A stretch of DNA of 64,000 nt. Origin: Enoplolaimus lenunculus (taxonomy: Eukaryota). The DNA lies in the NCBI GenBank assembly GCA_030248215.1, contig JASANG010001128.1, positions 310,001 to 374,000 of the forward strand, in the 5' to 3' direction. Positions 55,456 to 64,000 of the stretch are shown here, piece after piece. Within the stretch, counting starts at the first letter, position 1. Every line of letters starts with the position of its first letter. The translations under genes and the position numbers were made by a program. The notes beneath the pieces are model-generated. The model saw nothing but the letters and a program-made list of their open reading frames with translations. It did no database searches and was not told where the DNA came from.

Positions 55456-55905
55456 CTGTATTGGCCCGAATAAGAGGGGGGACTGATATTTATTTGGCCT
55501 CTCCAGAGGGTACCCCCCCCCATTGTTATTCGGTTACGGACTGTTATTTATTTTTAACCCACGCTCCACCGCCCTTCGTTTACTGATATATATCCGGTAC
55601 TGCAACTTATCCGTTGAATGAAACGTATATTTGTCTCGTTTCAATAGTTTGAGCGATAATACCAAATTATACATAGGAATGTACTTTCAAAATTTAAGTA
55701 CGCTGCAAAGTTTCGAACTCCAATTATTTGGTCCTGGAGTCATTTATGTGCTACAATTAGGGTTAATTGACATTTATGGACTCTAATTAGGGTTTAGGGG
55801 CTCTATCCGCTTACGGACTCTTATTAGGAATACGAACTCTTATTGATTCGGACCCAAAATGGGGACCCCCTCTTATTACACCCCCTCTTATTCGGGTCAA
55901 TACAG
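55456..55905. mobile_element. Tc1/mariner-type MITE with TA TSD
   Basis: TA-CTGTATTGGCCCGAATAAGAGGGGG ... CCCCCTCTTATTCGGGTCAATACAG-TA. Confidence 0.85.
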
Positions 55906-55986
55906 TATGTATCAAAATATATATATAATATATATATAAACATATATATATTTATATTTATATAAATATATAAGGCATTAGGCTTT

Positions 55987-56208
55987 GGGTTGCGCTATAC
56001 TTGACGTCTGGCGCCGTCCGTCACCCGTCACCCGTACGGCTCCCTCCGTCACCGTGCGGTGTTGTACTCAAATATAAACTCACATACGATAACGTATGGT
56101 GACGGACTTTGACGGAAGGCGCCGTACGGGTGACGGACGGTGACAGACGGTGCGGTACGAGTGACGCACGGGGACGGACAGCGCCAGACGTCATGTATAG
56201 CGTAACGC
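55987..56208. mobile_element. GGGTTGCGCTATA-family MITE, a short copy without the expanded 21-mer array
   Basis: GGGTTGCGCTATAC ... GTATAGCGTAACGC, with internal CCGTCACCCG motifs. Confidence 0.7.
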
Positions 56209-56855
56209 TTAGGCTTAGGCTTAGGCATAGGCTTACGCTTAGGTTTAGGCTCAACGTATGTATGTATATAATGTAGACATATACTGTTTCAGGAGGGGCA
56301 TATTTACATGGGTTTTCGATATCTGGAAGGTTGAAATTTTTGTCTGAGGTCTTTTTAGCCAAAAATGGTTGAATTTTGACAACTTTTGAGTATTTCAGCT
56401 TCTGATATGACCTCCCATGATCATTCTAAGCGCCCATATTAGAAGGTTTGAAAAATGCGATTTTTAAGATACGAAAGTTTCCCTTTAGGACTCAAAAAAT
56501 ATTGCCTAAATGATACATTATACACCATTCGACACAGCTTGTGGAGCTGAAAGTTGAATGTTGTTTAAACGTCCCGCAATTTGAACGTCACGAGCTCAAA
56601 ACTTGTATGTTAGTTATGCTAAAACTGCGTCAAGCCCGTAGCCAGATCATATTGCTGGGGGAGGGTTAAAAAATTTTTCAGGAGGGGCATACAAGGCTTT
56701 TCGTTGACTTACAAGCAAGTTTGAAAATTTTGTATGAGGGCAAAATTTTTTCACAAGGGCAAACCAGCCCCCTTTCTTGCTACGAGCCCAAAATTCCTAT
56801 CTTTCACTGTTTCACCTCCAGAAACTTTTATTTCGTCTGGCTTCTCGCCTGTTTC

Positions 56856-57203
56856 CAGGGTGCAACCGGAGGTGAAAAATACCGGAGCCGGAGGTCAACG
56901 AAACTTGGCAGAACCGGAGGTGAGGCGAAATTAAGTAGTAAAAATGACGGTTAATTAGTTAATTTTAGTCAATATCTGCAATATGTTGTTAAAGCTGTTT
57001 GGTTTTACGCTAATTTTCTGCGAAATTTCGCAATTTTTTTTTGAAAATACTGGCAAAAGTAAAATGAAACGTGCTAAACAGATAAATTTTGCAAAATTAT
57101 GCAAAGGTTACTACCGAAATTGCTGGAACCTCCGACAAAAATCTATAGGAGCCGGAGGCTAATTTTCTGCCGGAGCCGGAGGCAGACCTCCGGTTGCGCC
57201 CTG
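56856..57203. mobile_element. hAT-like MITE (CAGGGTGCAACCGGAGG family)
   Basis: CAGGGTGCAACCGGAGG ... CCTCCGGTTGCGCCCTG, with CCTGTTTC on both flanks (offset by 2 nt on the right). Confidence 0.8.
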
Positions 57204-58260
57204 TGCCTGTTTCATAATTTCACCACAATTAAAACTGATATAGACTTTTGAATAACCCAGAAATCAGGGTGATGTTCCAATAGTAAACAAGCATATTCAA
57301 CATTGGTTTAGAATAATTTTCTAGATCCATAGAAGCAGTCCCGTAGCCAGCTCACCTTTCTAGGGGATGAGCAAACATTTTGCAAGTGGACAATTCAATT
57401 GTTTTCAATGAGTAACAAGCAAGGTTGAAAACTTTATAAGGGGGGGGGACGTGATTCGTTCGCCATGTTCGCTTCTAAAAAAACTTTCACAAAACATTAA
57501 TATGACCGCTCCCGATATGAAGTGCTGTCTAAGCCATTTCTAACGACGAGAGTGTAAATGTTTGCGTTTCAAACTTAAAAAATATATACAAACTTTGGCC
57601 AATACTACTTTAAGGGGCGTAACAGTAGATTAAACGTATTCCTAAGCCTAAGCCTAAACGTTGCAAAAATGTGTTCCTAAGCCTAAGCCTAAGCCTAAGC
57701 AAAAAAATGTAATCTACAATCTAAACCTACTCTTTTATAGACCCATCAGAAACCTGGACGCCCTTTAAAGTAACATGGGCCGAAACTTTAAAACGCTGCG
57801 AGTATAAAAATATTATTTAAAAAAACTGCAATGTGGAAATGTCGCCGCCACATCTCTTGCACATTTTAAAAGTACAAAAATACAATAATTGTGCGATACA
57901 TCCAACGATTGACTGCGTGTGTACGAAAATGCAAGCTCGTACAATATCGCGTAGTAAAATATTGCTGGCGGATGCAAGGGGGGTGTATTTATCGCGTCCC
58001 CCCACCCGTGTTGGACCCCTGCCGTGTTGAAAAATTGTGATGCAAATTGTTCATCTGATGCGCGAACAACGCGTTTTCTGGTCAAATCGTAAAGATGAAA
58101 ATTATGACGAATTTATACGTCATTCGTGCGCCTATGACGTAATTTAGTCAGTCTTAAAATATCAAACAATTTCTAAAATCTTGCATTAAAACTGCAATAT
58201 TTCAGCACGAAATGTATCCTCACTGGGATCGGAAAATCCTTGTTCCGCCAATGATTGCGC

Positions 58261-58415
58261 GGCCCATGTATAGAACAGGGACGGATCGTCTTCCGGAGGG
58301 GCTATAATAGAGTCAGTTTAAGCTTTAGACTAATTTTTTTGCTTAGGCTTAGGCTTAGGCTTAGGCTTAGGAATATGCTTATACTACTGTTCCGGCCCTG
58401 TTCTATATATGGGCG
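58261..58415. mobile_element. GGCC-ended MITE with a (TTAGGC)n core
   Basis: Perfect 8-bp TSD GATTGCGC; TIR GGCCCATGTATAGAACAGGG. Confidence 0.85.
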
Positions 58416-58960
58416 GATTGCGCTGTACGCTATTCACCACCCGCAAATTGTGGGTGCTGTGCCTACAGGGGCGTCTACAAAAAAGTGGGCTTGCCTAGGG
58501 GAATTCTTAAGTACACTTTTCCACAGTGCCCGGCATCTAACGTTTAGCTTTGGGCTTAGGCTCAGGCTTAGGCTAAGGTAAGCCATTCCCAAACGTAAAC
58601 CTAAGCGTGTGAAGAATTATGTTTCGCGAGCGAAAAGCCAGACGCCACATTTTAGGCAATAGTAGTCAAGGTTGCAGTGTAGGGTGTAGAGAGAAGAAAA
58701 AGCGAGCGAAGCGAATTTAGAGAAGACAGACGTCTTGTTTTATGGCAGATTTGAAGACAACCGATAAATTTTGGTGCTCCTAAACGCGGTCTCAATGTTT
58801 ATTACAACCTCGCCAGCGAAGCGATCGAGAAGCCAGACGTATTTTTGTAATAAATCACATGGAAAACTTTTAAATTTGAGGTCCTTCTGACTTCAGAATA
58901 TCCCAATTGACGTGTTTGAATACGGTGCTAAGACCGGCTTGGGTTAAATGTTTTCAATTC

Positions 58961-61815
58961 GGCCAATGTATAGCACAGGGGCTTCCAGTTTTCCACGGTG
59001 GAAAACTTATAACCAGGAGTGCAGCGCAGCCACTCCTGTATGACGGCTAAATTTTCCGCTGATTTGGTAGGAAAATTAAAAACATTTAATGCCTAGATTT
59101 TACTCTGGGTTGGTAGGGAAATCAGAAACATAGGTTTTGGTTGGAAAACGGGAAAAGTGGAAAATTCTAATGCCTAGATTATCCCCTGGGTTGGTAGGGA
59201 AATCTGAAGCATAGGTTTTGTTTGGAAAACGGGAAAAGTGTAAAATTCTAATGCCTAGATTTTTCCCCTGGGTTGGTAGGGAAAATCAGAAGCGTAGGTT
59301 TTGGTTGGAAAACGGGAAAAATGGAAAATTTTAATGCCTAGATTTTTATACTGGGTTGGTAAAGAAATCTGAAGCATAGGTTTTGGTTGGAAAACGGGAA
59401 AAGTGGAAAATTCTAATGCCTATATTTTTACCCTGGGTTGGTAGGGGAAATTTTAAGCATAGGTTTTGGTTGGAAAACAGGAAAAGTGGAAAATTGAGAT
59501 GCCTAGATACTTTCTTGGTTAGTAAGAGAAATCTAAAGCGATGGTTGGAAAACGGGAAAAGTGGAAAAGTGGAAAATTCAAGCGTAGGGCATAGATTTTG
59601 GTTGGAAAACGGGAAAAGTGGAAAATTCCAATGCCTGGATTTTTTCGCTGGGTTGGTAGGGAAAATCTGAAGCATACGTTTTGATTAGAAAATGGGAAAA
59701 GTGGAAAATTCCAATGCCTAGATTTTTATCCTGGTTTGGTAGGAAAAATCTGAAGCACAGGTTTTGGTTGGAAAACGGGAAAAGTGGAAAATTCTAATGC
59801 CTATATTTTTACCCTGGGTTGGTAGGGGAAATTTGAAGCATAGGTTTTGGTTGGAAAACAGGAAAAGTGGAAAATTGAGATGCCTAGATACTTTCTTGGT
59901 TAGTAAGAGAAATCTAAAGCGATGGTTGGAAAACGGGAAAAGTGGAAAAGTGGAAAATTCAAGCGTAGGGCATAGATTTTGGTTGGAAAACGGGAAAAGT
60001 GGAAAATTCCAATGCCTGGATTTTTTCGCTGGGTTGGTAGGGAAAATCTGAAGCATACGTTTTGATTAGAAAATGGGAAAAGTGGAAAATTCCAATGCCT
60101 AGATTTTTATCCTGGTTTGGTAGGGAAAACCTGAAGCAAAGGTTTCGGTTGGAAAACGGGAAAAGCGGAAAATTCTAATGCCTAGATTTTTTCGCTGGGT
60201 TGGTAGGGAAAACCTGAAGCAAAGGTTTCGGTTGGTAAACGAGAAAAGTGGAAAATTCAAGCGTAAGGCATAGGTTTTGGTTGGAAAGCGGGAAAAGTGG
60301 AAAATTTTAATGCTTAGATTTACCCTGGCTTGGTAGGGAAAATCTGAAGCATATATTTCGGTTGGAAAACGGGAAAAGTGGAAAATTTAAAGGCCTAGAT
60401 TTACCTCAGGTTGGTAGGGAAAATCTGAAGCATAGGTTTTGGTTGGAAAACGGGAAAAGTGGAAAATTTAAAGGCTTAGATTTACCTTCGGTTAGTAGGG
60501 AAAATCTGAAGCATAGGTTTTGGTTGGAACATGGGAAAAGTGGAAAATTTAAAGGCCTAGATTTACCTTCGGTTGGTAGGGAAAATCTGAACCATAGGTT
60601 TTGGTTGGAAAATGGGAAAAGTGGAAAATTTAAAGACCTAGATTTACCCTGCGTTGGTAAAGAAAATCTGAAGCATAGGTTTTGGTTGAAAACGGGAAAA
60701 GTGGAAAATTTAAAGGCCTAGATTCACCTTAGGTTGGTAGGGAAATATGAAGCATAGGTTTTTGTTGAAAAATGGGAAAAGTGGAAAATTTAAACGCCTA
60801 GATTTACCCTGGGTTGGAAGTCAGCGACGACCAAATTTGATACATTTATGTTTCCTCGGCTTTCCGGTCATAGCCAACAACGTCTTTAAAACGAATTAAA
60901 ACTTTTTTACAACCTTAAGGCGTCACTCAAAGCGTCGACTTTGTTAACAGACTTATGTTCTGATAATACTGGGCCACCCGGTGGTATCTTGTTTTGACCA
61001 ATCTTGTGCTGAGACTATCATAATCTGATATATTTAATAGTCATGTATTATTTCGGATAAATGCTCTGCTCATTTAGGTTTAACTGTGTAAAGTAGATTT
61101 TGTTCATTGCACTGTTCCGCTCCGCGGTTTCTTGTTTTGACCAGTGTCGAAATATATTGCCTGTTAGTTTGTAGGATGCCACCGGAGGTGAAAATGCCAG
61201 ATCCGGAGCCGGAAGTGAACAAAAGTAGCCGGAACCGGAGATGATGCCGCAGGTGAGGTGAAATCAGGTCGTTGAAATGATATTTAACTTGTTAATTTTA
61301 GCAAATATCTGCTATGTGTTGTTAAATCGTTCCATTGGAATTTTGTACTTTTCCCATTTTCCAAACAAAACCTTTGCTTTAGATTTTTCCTACCAACCCA
61401 GGCTAAATTTAGGCGTTTAAATTTTCCAATTTTCCCGTTTTCCAACCAAAACCTATGCTGCAGATTTTCCATACCAACCAAGGGAAAATCTAGGCGTTTA
61501 AATTTTCCACTTTTCCCGTTTTAAAACCAAAACCAATGCTTCAAATTTTCCCTACCAACCCAGGAATAATGTAAGCTTTTAAATTTTCCACTTTTCCCGT
61601 TTTCCAAACAAACTTTACACTACAGGTTTTTCCTACCGTACCAGGGAATATGCAGGCTTATGAATTTTCCACTTTTCCACAGCAAAACCTATGCCCGCGA
61701 TTTTTCCTACCAACCAGTGAAAAATCAGGTCGTCATACAGGAGTGGCTGCGATGCACTCCTGGTCGTAAGTTTTCCACCCTGGAAAAGTGGAAGCCCCTG
61801 ATCTATACATGGGCC
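58961..61815. mobile_element. Expanded foldback-like GGCC-ended element: ~80-bp satellite array (about 59050-60815) and an inverted arm (about 61340-61720)
   Basis: The ~85-bp TIRs match the element at 24946-25897. A 381-bp higher-order duplication gives identical ORFs at 59383 and 59764. There is no TSD, and unrelated DNA lies at about 60820-61340. Confidence 0.8.
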
Positions 61816-62262
61816 ATTAGGCTTATGAGTTGCTTTACGGCGTAAAAGTGCAAAATCGAGTCTGGCGGCTGTGCTGCAATGTTGGTCTTACCTGGGTCAT
61901 TGCGTGGCCGTTATATAAATGTGTAGGTATTACAGCTGGCTTTATTTGTTAACGACATAGCTAAGTAGGCTATGTCAGTACCCAATGTTTGTCTTAGTTG
62001 TTGAGTATTTTTGTTGTAATGGATGTCTCGATCTGTATTGCGCAGCTTGCGGAAACCCAATTTTGGGTGTCGACCGGCATGCAAATGAGATAGATACATT
62101 CAGGGGGTAGCCAGGACTGAAATCAGTACTAGATCAGTTGAACTTTCAATTTGCGGCGCATACTTTCGACCTTGTTTTTGCATACTGCTGCTTACATAGT
62201 TTTACGGAGTGTTTGGAGTTTATTGTTTCGGTTATAGAAGACAGAACTAGTCGGAATCTTAA

Positions 62263-62525
62263 CCCTTTCTCACATGAATATTTTCTATTTCCCCTGAGAC
62301 ATACTTTTATGCTAGGATTCGAACTCCAGTGACTGGAGTGGGAGGCGTATACCATCACCACTCAGCTATAGGAGCTTGACGCTCGAGTCCGAGGGGGTTC
62401 TCACGTCTTGTGGTGATTTAGTACTATGTGTACGTGTTGCAATTGTTAAGCACTGTGCGATATATATTATTTAACGTATATACACTGCGCTGAGTTGCCT
62501 ATAGGCAACTCAATGTGAGAAGAGG
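62263..62525 (+). mobile_element. piggyBac-type (TTAA) MITE with an internal tRNA-derived segment
   Basis: TTAA-CCCTTTCTCACAT ... ATGTGAGAAGAGG-TTAA. Confidence 0.9.
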
Positions 62526-63396
62526 TTAAGGTTGCCACGGTGGCTGAAATGTGAAGGAAAGCACTAGTTGTATTTGAGGCTGCTAATTGCTTCGCAAATT
62601 TGCACAGTATTTTATATACTGCATCCTGTGCAATAACTGGGGAAATCTTTAGAAATCAGGAGGTTTGGGGAAAGTTTAGTGATTCTAACGGGGTTAGTCT
62701 CACTGTTTTTGCTGAAGCCATTTAAACGGGGTGTTTGGCAAGAAATTGGTGTAATTCTAACTGGGTTAGGGTTACACGGTTTTCCGGGGGCTTGCAGAAA
62801 TGTTGGTAATTTGTGAGTCTGTGCCTAGATTAAGCAGAAATTAGGCACGTCTCACAGGATTTAGGATGAAGCTACAACAACTAGGACATTTAACCTGCGT
62901 CGTAATTGTGTTATATTAATAACTGGTGTCATATCGGTATTGGGGTGGGCAGAAAACATTTATACGGCCGCGTCACAGAATAGAAGCGATAAGCGTATTG
63001 GGATAGAACTAAACTAAGTGATGATTTGGGGCCTTAAAACTAGTAAATCATCAACTTCTCACACATATACGCGAATGTCTTTAATCACATATATATTTAT
63101 ATATACATGTTTTTATAGCCTGTACATAGGGTCGCAAAAGATATGAAGTACCAGATACAACTTGTTTTCTACTATTTTTATTTTTGCCTATTTTATGTAA
63201 GCAAAAGATAGAACGGCTTAATCCGCTACATGAAAAAATAGAACGTTTGCTGTTGCAATATTTTAAAATGCTATTTGCGAACACTTTGGATAGTCAACAA
63301 ATATTAACAAAATTTTACACAAAAAATTCAAATCCATATACATACATCTTTATTCATTACAAAATTCACACCGCTTCTCATAAATCCGCAAACATT

Positions 63397-63721
63397 TCAA
63401 ACAGATCTTGTTCTTTGCCGTGTTCGTATCCCAATATCTCCATCCAACACAACCCATCCTGGACTGCTGTTAAATGGCGACCCCTGAAGTAATCTTTGAG
63501 ACCCGAAAGGCATTTCCCAGTCGTCAAAGCTGCCCAACGAATTCAAACTGTCACAATTGCAAATTCCATTCAAAGGCCCAGGCTTTTCATCCAGTTGACA
63601 AGGTCCAATACGCTCTTGTTCATCTTCAATTCGAAGGGTAACCCCACTGCCATAATGCGAAAACAGCACACCACATTCACTGCTTGCGTAGTCAGCCAAA
63701 GAATAATTTGACGTAGATACG
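63397..63721 (-). CDS. Probable terminal coding exon of a gene that begins beyond the window end; product unknown
   Basis: TTTGTTTCAG acceptor on the minus strand, followed by an open frame VSTSNYSLADYASSECG...RTRSV*. Non-repetitive and more GC-rich than its flanks. Confidence 0.4.
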
Positions 63722-64000
63722 CTGAAACAAACTGCAAAACTACAATATAACGAGTGTATAACGAGCGAACTCGGACAACCATCACTCGGAAAATGAAATC
63801 TAACTGACTTCAAAGGCCAGTTTTGCACACTACTTCGTTGCCATAACTTGGTATACAATAAAAGTCGTTAGAATTTTAAATTTTACAAAACTGCGTCATG
63901 TTTTTTACATTATGCATTGCTTTCACAAATTTTAGATTAATGCGATCATGTTTTGCTATGTGGGCATACTGATACTTTCTAAGCTTACTTATTTGTTTAA

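Noticed and set aside
59346..60721. Repeated ORFs and a CRISPR-like periodic pattern
   Set aside because: This is a tandem satellite with no unique spacers, no cas genes and a eukaryotic context.

Overview
This is a repeat-rich, AT-rich eukaryotic window with GT-AG spliced genes, probably from an invertebrate animal; the species cannot be determined from the sequence. Four spliced protein-coding units were reconstructed with phase-consistent splice sites. (1) A 5'-incomplete + strand gene with a long Ser/Thr/Asn-rich region and a C-terminal, divergent SET8/KMT5A-type SET domain (11972-15328). (2) About 3 kb downstream on the same strand, a >=953-aa intron-containing DDE transposase-like gene with a D..D(43)E triad resembling the Zator/TP36 branch (18387-22880). 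(3) A complete three-exon LITAF gene (- strand, 41648-45480). (4) An apparently intact piggyBac element (51156-54095, TTAA TSDs) whose transposase has one intron. Most of the remaining sequence is nested non-autonomous DNA transposons, many with recognisable TSDs: hAT-like, Merlin-like GGCC-ended elements carrying different satellites, TTAA MITEs containing a tRNA-derived segment, Tc1/mariner-like, CACTA-like and TAA-TSD elements. There is also a 1989-bp tandem duplication. The most interesting hypothesis is that the SET8-like gene and the transposase-like gene belong to one large cargo-carrying transposon; its ends were not found.
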